A stretch of 24,000 nucleotides of DNA. Origin: Pyrinomonadaceae bacterium (lineage in GTDB: Bacteria; Acidobacteriota; Blastocatellia; Pyrinomonadales; Pyrinomonadaceae). Location: NCBI GenBank assembly GCA_036389715.1, contig DASVWH010000110.1, positions 23,952 to 47,951 of the forward strand, written 5' to 3'. This document shows positions 15,800 through 22,928 of this stretch, one piece after another (the first letter of the stretch is position 1; each line of letters begins with the position of its first letter). The notes beneath the pieces were generated by a model that saw only the letters and a list, made by a program, of their open reading frames with translations, searched no databases and had not been told where the DNA came from. The position numbers were made by a program, and so were the translations under genes.

Positions 15800-17776
15800 T
15801 TGTTCAGCGATCAATTTCGCAGGGGCGAAGCGGAAAAGGGTAAATTCAGCGGGGTCAAAAGCTCGACCCTGCTCTCGAACCTTTCGGACGTGGCCTGGAA
15901 GGTCTTCCAGTCGGTCAACAAACGTTTGCCCGAAGGCGAGGCCATTCGCCCCAGTTGGGCTCCGGGGCCGCTCCTGAAATCTCACGAGCGCACGGCCCCG
16001 CCGCTCGGCTTCCCGCGCGAGACCGACAGCTTGTGCCCGCGCTGCGTCAAGGAAGTGCGCGACGCCGTCATTACCGGCGAGACGGCGCTCGAAACACTGA
16101 TGCACGCGCATCCGGGCGAGATCAAGGCGCAGATTCTGGAAGAGGACGGACAGGTCATCATGCGCAAGACCTGCCCGAAGCACGGCGAATTCACGGACGT
16201 GATGGCCACCGACCCGAAGTTTTTGGAGCGCATCGAATCTCTCTTCTTCGGCCGGGACTTTCGCGTCGCCGAAGACTCGCACGTGCACAAGCACGGCACG
16301 TCGAACATCAAGTTCGGGCGCGGCGCTGTGCTCACGGTTGATCTAACCAACCGTTGCAACATGATGTGCAACCCCTGCTTCATGGACGCCAACCAGGTCG
16401 GCTATGTCCATGAGCCGACCTTCGAGGACACGAAGGCCATCCTTGATCGCGCCGTCTCCTTCAAGCCGCGCCGCCAGATCATCATTCTCTTTTCGGGCGG
16501 CGAGCCGACGCTCTCGCCCTATTACCTGGAGGCTGTCGCCTACGCCCGGAAGATAGGCTTCTACAGAATCCTGGCCGCGACCAACGGCATCCGCTTCGCC
16601 GAAGACATAGAGTTCTGCAAGGCCGCCAAGGAGGCCGGGCAGCACGGCGTCTATCTACAGTTCGACGGCGTCTCCGAGGAGAAGAACAAGCACAGGGGCG
16701 TCGGCAATCTCTTCGACGTGAAGCTGCGCGCCATCGAGAACCTGGCTTCGGTCGGCATCAAGGTCACGCTCGTCACGACCATCGTCAACACCATCAATAA
16801 CGACGGCATCGGCGAGATAGTCAAATTCGCCGCGCAGAACATAGACAAGGTCCAGACCATAGCCTTTCAGCCCGTCTCCTTTACGGGCCGTGACGAGGAC
16901 GTGCCCGACGACGTTCGCATCAAACAGCGCTACACGCTGGCCGGGATGACGCATGACCTCAAGGACCAGCTCGACGGGCAGTTGCAGCCGCTGCGCGATT
17001 GGTTCCCGCTCTCTTCCTACTCGGCGTTTACGAGCGTGATGGACATGTTACAGGGAGCCGACGCGCCCTGGGGCTGGTCGTCCTGTAACTGCCACCCGAA
17101 CTGCGGCATCTTCACGTTGATGGTCGTCAATCGCCGCACGGGCGCGATCACTTCGCTCTTCGAGTTCTTCGACTACGAGCAGTTCATGAAGGACGTGGCC
17201 GTCATCACGGACACGGCGCGCGGGCGTAAGCTCTCCTACGCGCAATTGGCGATGGCGATCATGAGAAACTTCGACGCCCGGCGCGCGCCCGAAGGCTTCC
17301 CCATTTCGCAGATCATCAATCTCTTCAAGCCGTCTTCGACCAACTCCAATTCGGACCGCAACGACCGGATGAAGACGCAGGCTCCCGGCTCGGAAGACGA
17401 GGGCGACATGTGGCGCGTGCTCTGCGTCGAGGGCATGTGGTTCCAGGACCTCTTCAACTACGATTTCCGCCGCACAGAGATGTGCGTTATCCCTTACGGC
17501 ACACAGGAAGGCGAAATCTCCTTCTGCGCCTACAACACCGGCGTCGGCTGGCGGCAGATTATCGAGAACATGCACAAGACCGCCAGCCTCTCCGAGTGGT
17601 ATCAGGAGCACGGACGCCACGCCGTCTATGCTAGGGGCAAGAACGTCCCGCTCAAGACCACCCGGCACACCTTGAGCCTGCCCATCGTCAACCGGATTCT
17701 GGCCGACGATGCGGACCAGCCGGTCGAGACGGTGACGCCCTATCTCGTCGAAGAGAAAGAGGAAGCGGCCGTTTAA
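15800..17776 (+). CDS. Large radical SAM enzyme with Tes/MJ0619-family architecture (candidate tetraether / membrane-spanning lipid synthase homologue)
   Basis: TTG start lies 7 nt after AGGAGA, and no in-frame ATG precedes the first conserved motif. The N-terminus carries SLCPRC...(x40)...KTCPKHGEF, a zinc-ribbon/rubredoxin-like motif. The radical SAM motif is VDLTNRCNMMCNPC (CX3CX2C), followed by FSGGEPT, ATNG, YLQFDG and IAFQPVSFTGR. The C-terminus has extra Cys clusters (CNCHPNCG; C...FCAYN). The match to the Tes family is by remembered architecture, not by search. Confidence 0.8.
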   Translation: MFSDQFRRGEAEKGKFSGVKSSTLLSNLSDVAWKVFQSVNKRLPEGEAIRPSWAPGPLLKSHERTAPPLGFPRETDSLCPRCVKEVRDAVITGETALETLMHAHPGEIKAQILEEDGQVIMRKTCPKHGEFTDVMATDPKFLERIESLFFGRDFRVAEDSHVHKHGTSNIKFGRGAVLTVDLTNRCNMMCNPCFMDANQVGYVHEPTFEDTKAILDRAVSFKPRRQIIILFSGGEPTLSPYYLEAVAYARKIGFYRILAATNGIRFAEDIEFCKAAKEAGQHGVYLQFDGVSEEKNKHRGVGNLFDVKLRAIENLASVGIKVTLVTTIVNTINNDGIGEIVKFAAQNIDKVQTIAFQPVSFTGRDEDVPDDVRIKQRYTLAGMTHDLKDQLDGQLQPLRDWFPLSSYSAFTSVMDMLQGADAPWGWSSCNCHPNCGIFTLMVVNRRTGAITSLFEFFDYEQFMKDVAVITDTARGRKLSYAQLAMAIMRNFDARRAPEGFPISQIINLFKPSSTNSNSDRNDRMKTQAPGSEDEGDMWRVLCVEGMWFQDLFNYDFRRTEMCVIPYGTQEGEISFCAYNTGVGWRQIIENMHKTASLSEWYQEHGRHAVYARGKNVPLKTTRHTLSLPIVNRILADDADQPVETVTPYLVEEKEEAAV

Positions 17777-17948
17777 CTTCCCAGGTCCGGCCGCTCACTC
17801 AGTTGGAGAGAGCGGCGGCCAACCGTTTTGAAGCGTTCCAGATACCTCTCTGGCCCCGTGAGCAACGGGCGTTACTGAACGACGCCCCGACTTACACACT
17901 TATGTTTCGTGTCTCCCGATAACCGAAACTCTCAACTTTGGAGACCTT

Positions 17949-18428
17949 ATGAAAAAACTTCTCGCCCTCCTGCTCTGCCTCTGCATCCTTTCCGCAGCAG
18001 TTCTCGCTCAGGGAAATCAATTCGAGATTCGTTACGTCGGCGGCTCCATCGCAAGCACCGTCAAGCCTGACGACTGGGGTAACAGCATCACCGTCAGCTC
18101 CGACTTGATTACCTTAAAATTGAAGGACGGCCAGGAAATCAAGATTGACCCGAAGAACGTCAAGCTCTTAACGCACAGTCGCCAGGCCAGCCGCCGCATC
18201 GGCGCGTATGCCGCCGCCGCAATCATCAGCCCGATCTTTCTGCTCGGGATGCTCAAGAAGAACAAGCGCCATTTCATCGGCATCGCGGTCGAGTCTCCCG
18301 ATGGCAAGAAGGACGGCTACAACTTGCAGGCGAAGAATGATAAATACAAGGCCCTGATTACCGCGCTCGAAGGCGTCACCGGGCTGAAAGTGGAAGAAGA
18401 AGTAGAAGAGAAAAAAGAGAAGAAGTAA
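17949..18428 (+). CDS. Small exported/membrane-anchored protein with Lys/Glu-rich C-terminal tail, unknown function
   Basis: The signal peptide is MKKLLALLLCLCILSAAVLAQG. An internal hydrophobic segment IGAYAAAAIISPIFLLGML is followed by KKNKRH. The tail reads EEEVEEKKEKK. The gene is visibly more AT-rich than its neighbours, and its stop lies 15 nt before the next gene. Confidence 0.65.
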   Translation: MKKLLALLLCLCILSAAVLAQGNQFEIRYVGGSIASTVKPDDWGNSITVSSDLITLKLKDGQEIKIDPKNVKLLTHSRQASRRIGAYAAAAIISPIFLLGMLKKNKRHFIGIAVESPDGKKDGYNLQAKNDKYKALITALEGVTGLKVEEEVEEKKEKK

Positions 18429-18443
18429 GGCTATTTTCACCAG

Positions 18444-19436
18444 ATGAACCTTCCAAAAAGACTTCGCCGCATCGCCGACACGACGCGCCTGCTTATCACC
18501 GGCCTACCGAAGAATGCCATCGGCTCGATTGATGTCACCAACCGCTGCAACCTGCGCTGCGAGCACTGCTATTTCTTCGCCGAAGATCACAAGGGCGAGA
18601 AGGAACTGTCCGTCGAGAAGTGGATCGAGAAGCTCGAAGAGATGAAGGCTGCCGGGCATCCGATGCTGCTCTGCACGTGGGTCGGCGGCGAGCCGATGGT
18701 ACGCAAGCAATTGATCGAGGTCGGCCGCAAGTATTTCAAGCATAACACCATCGTTACCAACGGGACGATGGAGCTGCCCGACTGGGACGACTGCAACTAC
18801 GTCATCTCGATAGACGGAACGGAAGAGGCGTTCGCGCGGATGCGAGCGCCCGGCATCTACCAGAAGATCAAGCAGAACGTCATCAATCACCCGGAGCTGA
18901 AGATTCAAATCTCCTGCGTCGTAACGAGCCTGACGAAGGACTGCATAGAGGATTTGGTCCGGGAGTGGGGGCCGCTGGCGCGCGGCGGCATCATCTTCGA
19001 TTTCTTCACGCCCGTCACGAACCTGGACGAGGCGCTCTGGCTCGACTGGGAAGAGCGCGACCGGATGATTGACCGGATACTCGAATTGAAGAAGAAATAT
19101 CCGGGCGTCATCAACATGATGGACTCGACCCTGGAGCTGATGCGTGCCAGGAACGCTAAGAAGGTGACGGACAATTGCGAGTTTCGCCTGAAGGCTTTCA
19201 CGCTCGGGCCGACGGGCGAGCCCAAGGGCAAGTGCATGATGGGCGACAAGGCCGACTGTGACCGCTGCGGCTGCGTCGTGCCCTTTCACATGGCGACCCT
19301 GAGCAGCCGTCGCCTGATGCTCAAAGAGACCGTGAAATCCTGGCGCGCGCCCAAGCGGACAGCCCCCGTGCCGCAATCGCCCGTGCAAATCTCGCCCCGC
19401 ACCTTCAAAGAGGCCGGGCCCGAAGACGCGTTTTGA
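18444..19436 (+). CDS. Compact radical SAM enzyme with C-terminal Cys cluster (CX7CX2CXC)
   Basis: Motifs are IDVTNRCNLRCEHC (CX3CX2C), WVGGEPM, VTNGT and ISIDG. The C-terminus carries KCMMGDKADCDRCGCVVPF. The subfamily is not resolved from sequence reading. Confidence 0.85.
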   Translation: MNLPKRLRRIADTTRLLITGLPKNAIGSIDVTNRCNLRCEHCYFFAEDHKGEKELSVEKWIEKLEEMKAAGHPMLLCTWVGGEPMVRKQLIEVGRKYFKHNTIVTNGTMELPDWDDCNYVISIDGTEEAFARMRAPGIYQKIKQNVINHPELKIQISCVVTSLTKDCIEDLVREWGPLARGGIIFDFFTPVTNLDEALWLDWEERDRMIDRILELKKKYPGVINMMDSTLELMRARNAKKVTDNCEFRLKAFTLGPTGEPKGKCMMGDKADCDRCGCVVPFHMATLSSRRLMLKETVKSWRAPKRTAPVPQSPVQISPRTFKEAGPEDAF

Positions 19437-19514
19437 GAAGACGCCTGGCTGACGCGCAGGGAGCGGCATCGCGCGCAGAATGACCTGTGGCCCAAACTGT
19501 CAGGAGACGCCAAC

Positions 19515-19850
19515 ATGCCTGAGCCGCAGATGAAGTCCTTCGAGAAATTCTGGCCGCACTATGTGGCCGAGCATAGCCGTCCGGCGACGCGCGCGCTGCA
19601 TTTTGCGGGGACGACCGCGGCGCTCGGATGCGCGGCCGCGCTGATTGCTAAAGGAAAGTGGAAGTGGCTGCCGCTCGCTTTCGTCCCGGGCTACGCCGCC
19701 GCCTGGGCCAGCCATTTTCTGGTCGAGAAGAACAGGCCCGCGACCTTTGAACATCCACTCTGGTCGCTCCGCGCCGATTACAGGATGTTTGGCCTGATGC
19801 TCGCCGGAAAGATGGACGCAGAGATTTCCAGGGTCAGGCCGAACGGCTGA
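19515..19850 (+). CDS. DUF962 / Mpo1-like membrane protein
   Basis: AGGAGA SD lies 7 nt upstream. FEKFWPHYVAEHSRPATRALHFAGT...GYAAAWASHFLVEKNRPATFEHPLWSLRADYRMF is the characteristic DUF962 pattern, including the conserved His residues. Confidence 0.8.
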   Translation: MPEPQMKSFEKFWPHYVAEHSRPATRALHFAGTTAALGCAAALIAKGKWKWLPLAFVPGYAAAWASHFLVEKNRPATFEHPLWSLRADYRMFGLMLAGKMDAEISRVRPNG

Positions 19851-20005
19851 CGTTTGACCGGCCCGGAACAATTCATTAAAGTCTTCTGGCGAACCCGCTC
19901 CCCACCGTCAAGTCAATAATTTTCAGGCACGCAGTTGATGGACTCGGCCGCGAGCAGCCGCGCGCTCGCCCCGACCTGTCAAAATCAAACTTAAGGGGTC
20001 AACAA

Positions 20006-21319
20006 ATGAAACTGTGCTTAAACCTAATTATCGCCCTCCTGCTGCTCGCGCCCGTTATCGACGCGCAGACGCAGCCGCCCTCTGAATCCGCGCTCGAACG
20101 CTTTCTCCGCTACGCGAAGATTGACACGCAGTCGAAGGAAGACCAGGGGAAAGTTCCGAGCACGGCCAAGCAGCTGGTGCTGGCCAACCTGCTGGCCAAA
20201 GAGCTGAAGGAGCTGGGCGCGCAGAACGTCCGCGTCAGCGAGTTCGGCATCGTCTACGCCAGCGTGCCGGGGAATCTGCCGGACAACTCCAGGGCTCCCG
20301 TCATCGGCCTGATCGCGCACATGGACACCTCGCCGGAGGTCTCTGGAGAGAACGTCCAGCCCATCATTCATAAGAACTACCGCGGCGGCGACATCGTGCT
20401 GCCGAAAGACCCCGCGCAGGTCATCTCCGTCGAGAAGAACCCGGACCTCAAGAACCTCATCGGCGACGACATCATCACCGCCGACGGGACGACCCTCCTC
20501 GGCTCCGACGATAAGGCAGGCTGCGCCGAGATTATGACGATGATTGATATTCTCAGGCGTAATCCGCAGCTCAAGCACGGCACGCTGGCCATCGCCTTCA
20601 CCCCGGACGAAGAGGTCGGCGGCGGGATAGACAAGTTCGACGTGAAGGGCTTCGGCGCGCAGTTCGCCTACACGGTTGACGGCGAGGAGCTGGGCGAGAT
20701 CAGCGACGAGACCTGGAGCGCGCGCACCGCCACCATTCGCTTCCAGGGCAAGAACACGCATCCGGGCACGGCCAAAGGCATCATGGTCAACTCGGCCTTC
20801 GCCATCGCCGATTTCGTCTCCAGATTCCCCGGCGACATGCTGCCGGAAACGACCGAAGGGCGCGTCGGCTTCGTTCACCCGTACACGGGCGAGGTCGGCG
20901 TCGAGGAATCCAGTCTCAAGATTCTGCTCCGCGACTTCGAGCTTGCCGGGCTGGATGCCAAGGAAGCGATGCTCAGGAAGATGGCCGAGCAGACGGGCCG
21001 GAAATTCCCGAACGTGAAGGTCTCCGTCGAAGTCAAAGAGAACTACAAGAACATGAAGGAAGTGCTCAAAAACTTTCCGCAGTTGACCGAGTTCGCGATG
21101 GAGGCGACGCGTCGTGCCGGGCTCAAGCCGCACATCAAACCGATTCGCGGCGGGACAGACGGCGCGCGGCTGACCTTCAACGGCCTCCCCTGCCCGAACC
21201 TCTTCACGGGGGGACATAACTTCCACGGCAAGCTCGAATTCAACTCGCGGCGCGGGCTGGAAAAGACGACCGAAACGCTCATTAACCTGGTTCAGATATT
21301 CGCCGGGAAGGGCAAGTAG
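20006..21319 (+). CDS. pepT: Peptidase T (tripeptide aminopeptidase, M20B) with N-terminal signal peptide
   Basis: PepT motifs are present: LERFLRYAKIDTQS, GLIAHMDTSPE, LLGSDDKAGCAEIM and AFTPDEEVGGG. The N-terminus MKLCLNLIIALLLLAPVIDAQ precedes the canonical start region, and no alternative in-frame start codon is available. Confidence 0.9.
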   Translation: MKLCLNLIIALLLLAPVIDAQTQPPSESALERFLRYAKIDTQSKEDQGKVPSTAKQLVLANLLAKELKELGAQNVRVSEFGIVYASVPGNLPDNSRAPVIGLIAHMDTSPEVSGENVQPIIHKNYRGGDIVLPKDPAQVISVEKNPDLKNLIGDDIITADGTTLLGSDDKAGCAEIMTMIDILRRNPQLKHGTLAIAFTPDEEVGGGIDKFDVKGFGAQFAYTVDGEELGEISDETWSARTATIRFQGKNTHPGTAKGIMVNSAFAIADFVSRFPGDMLPETTEGRVGFVHPYTGEVGVEESSLKILLRDFELAGLDAKEAMLRKMAEQTGRKFPNVKVSVEVKENYKNMKEVLKNFPQLTEFAMEATRRAGLKPHIKPIRGGTDGARLTFNGLPCPNLFTGGHNFHGKLEFNSRRGLEKTTETLINLVQIFAGKGK

Positions 21320-21387
21320 GAGCCGCGCTCGCAGCAAGGCCCGCGCCGCTCTGAAGCGCCGGGCAGGAACTGATTTTGAGTCGGCAT

Positions 21388-21444
21388 TAAAGCGGAGAGG
21401 GGCCGTTTTCCTTACTTACAGGAAAACGGCCCCTCTCCGCTTTA
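21388..21444. terminator. Very strong bidirectional terminator hairpin between convergent pepT and the Gly-rich gene
   Basis: A perfect 24-bp stem (TAAAGCGGAGAGGGGCCGTTTTCC / GGAAAACGGCCCCTCTCCGCTTTA) encloses a 9-nt loop, with T/A runs at both ends. Confidence 0.85.
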
Positions 21445-21512
21445 GTTGCGCGCGGCGATTATGCGCGTTTAGTTGTGCGCGGCAATTATGCGCGGGACTA
21501 AGTTTATGCGCG
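21441..21512. repeat. 27-nt tandem repeat (2 copies, 2 mismatches) plus degenerate partial copies
   Basis: TTTAGTTGCGCGCGGCGATTATGCGCG / TTTAGTTGTGCGCGGCAATTATGCGCG, then GGACTAAGTTTATGCGCG and GGACCAAGTT. It lies between the Gly-rich gene stop (21521) and the terminator hairpin. Confidence 0.85.
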
Positions 21513-21520
21513 GGACCAAG

Positions 21521-22696
21521 TTAACGACGTTTCTTACCGCCTCCGGCCCCACCCTTAGAGCCGCCTCCTTTAGAACCGCCCCCGCCACTCTTACCAGCGC
21601 CGCTTTTGGAACCGCCTTTGGAGCCGCCTCCTCCGCCCTTGCCGCCACCTTTAGAGCCGCCGCCGGAGCCTTTACCGCCACCGCCTCCCGAGCCTCCCCT
21701 GGCTGCTCCACCCTTCGAGCCTCCGCCGCCGCGACCGCCAGCCTTCGACCCGCCCTTGCCGCCGCCTTTTGAGCCGCCGCCTTTGCCCGTCGCTTTAGCG
21801 CCGCCCGCGCTGCCGCCTGAACGCGCTCCGCCTTTGGTGCTGCCTTTGGTCCCGGCCTTCGAGGCCTTCCGTCGCTTGCTGCCATCCTTGTTTGTGCCGC
21901 CGCCTGCGCTGCCGCGTCCGCCTCCGGCATTGCCGCCGGTCTTGGCCGCGCCCCTGCCGCCGCCCGTCGCACTGGTTCCGCGCGCGCTGCCGCTGACGCC
22001 GCCGCCGGTTATGCCGCCACGTGTATCAGCGCCACCGCGAGCGCCTTTTCCAGCGCCGCCTTTCGAGCCGCCGCCGCCAGCCTTCGAGCCGCCCTTGCCG
22101 CCACTCTTGGAGCCGCCGCCGCTGCCTCCGCGACCGCCGCCGGAGGCTCCTCCACCGCCGCCACCGCCCGTGCTCCCGCCGCCCTGACCAGCGCCACTTC
22201 CGGCTCCACCTTTAGAGCCGCCTCCACCACCCTTGCCGCCACCTTTAGAGCCGCCGGAGCCTTTACCGCCACCGCCTCCCGAGCCTCCCCTGGCTCCACC
22301 CTTCGAGCCTCCGCCGCCCTTGGAACCACCTGCACCGCCACCTCCGCGCGTGCCACCACCGGACGCGCCGCCACCGCCTGATGCCTCGCCGCCGGATGCG
22401 CCGCCGCCATCGCCCGTGCCGCCTGAGCCCCCGGAGCTGCCTGAGCCGGAACCTGTGCCCTCGCCTCCGCTGGCAGAGCCGCCCCCGCCTGCGCCGCTCC
22501 CGGACGTTCCGCCGCCGGTACTGCTGTCGTCGGCCATGTTTGCGCCCATGCCCGTGGCACGGCCGATGGCTGCACCGCCGTGGCCGCTTTCGCCGCCGCC
22601 ACCGCTTGCTCCGCCCGTGTCGCTCATCGCGCCGGTCCCTGCTCCGGCATCGCTTCTTTGATCGTCCCCGTTGTTTCCATTGCCTTGATCGGACAT
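21521..22696 (-). CDS. Extreme glycine-rich low-complexity protein (acidic/neutral N-terminus, GGSKGG / RGG-type basic repeats, KKRR C-terminus)
   Basis: The ATG at 22696 follows an AAGGAG SD, giving 391 aa. This single uninterrupted frame runs across 1.2 kb, while the opposite-strand Pro-rich frames are broken. Gly is encoded by a mix of GGC/GGA/GGT/GGG and Ser by TCT/TCC/AGC/AGT. Indels between internal repeats are multiples of 3. The gene ends at the strong terminator. Confidence 0.65.
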   Translation of the reverse strand: MSDQGNGNNGDDQRSDAGAGTGAMSDTGGASGGGGESGHGGAAIGRATGMGANMADDSSTGGGTSGSGAGGGGSASGGEGTGSGSGSSGGSGGTGDGGGASGGEASGGGGASGGGTRGGGGAGGSKGGGGSKGGARGGSGGGGGKGSGGSKGGGKGGGGGSKGGAGSGAGQGGGSTGGGGGGGASGGGRGGSGGGSKSGGKGGSKAGGGGSKGGAGKGARGGADTRGGITGGGVSGSARGTSATGGGRGAAKTGGNAGGGRGSAGGGTNKDGSKRRKASKAGTKGSTKGGARSGGSAGGAKATGKGGGSKGGGKGGSKAGGRGGGGSKGGAARGGSGGGGGKGSGGGSKGGGKGGGGGSKGGSKSGAGKSGGGGSKGGGSKGGAGGGKKRR

Positions 22697-22859
22697 CTCG
22701 TCTACTCCTTTTTTGAGTTGAACCCAAAGTGTTAGAGGGTGAATTAGGTGATCCCAAAGAGCACGACTTCTTTGCGGCGGAGAATAGCACAACTCGTGCG
22801 CGTGTGTTTCACTCTTTCTCCTCTCAAGGAGGAAAAATCGGGTGTCCGGCCGGGCCCGT

Positions 22860-22889
22860 TTGCCCGGCGCCCCCGGCAGCGTTTATAAA
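22860..22889 (+). promoter_or_regulatory. Putative sigma70-type promoter for the DUF2721 gene
   Basis: TTGCCC (22860-22865), an 18-nt spacer, then TATAAA (22884-22889), about 40 nt upstream of the ATG at 22929. This is a pattern match only. Confidence 0.3.
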
Positions 22890-22928
22890 TAGCCCGCGGC
22901 TGCCCCCTGGCGGCACTCCCGGACAGAG

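Noticed and set aside
12217-19469. Long antisense ORFs opposite real genes: 12217..13248(+), 13824..14528(+), 14741..15484(+), 15794..16294(-), 17048..17668(-), 18504..19469(-)
   Set aside because: Each lies entirely within a motif-supported gene on the other strand and has Arg/Ala/Pro/Val/His-biased, low-information composition.
20024-21337. 437-aa minus-strand ORF mirroring pepT
   Set aside because: Same shadow-ORF phenomenon. The plus strand encodes an unmistakable peptidase T.
21441-21512. Short tandem repeats as a CRISPR array
   Set aside because: The repeats are directly adjacent with no spacers, only about 2.5 units are present, and no cas genes are in the window.
21606-22661. Pro-rich plus-strand ORFs (PPPLEPPP...) and an Ala/Arg-rich alternative minus frame across the Gly-rich gene
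   Set aside because: These are complement or frameshift images of the GGN-rich coding strand. They are interrupted, lack SD and start context, and do not span from promoter to terminator as the chosen frame does.
21521-22696. Relationship of the Gly-rich protein to KGG-repeat general stress proteins (YciG/GsiB type)
   Set aside because: Only the SKGG tetrapeptide is shared. The rest of the roughly 20-aa KGG repeat unit, as I remember it, is absent. I therefore did not assign the family.
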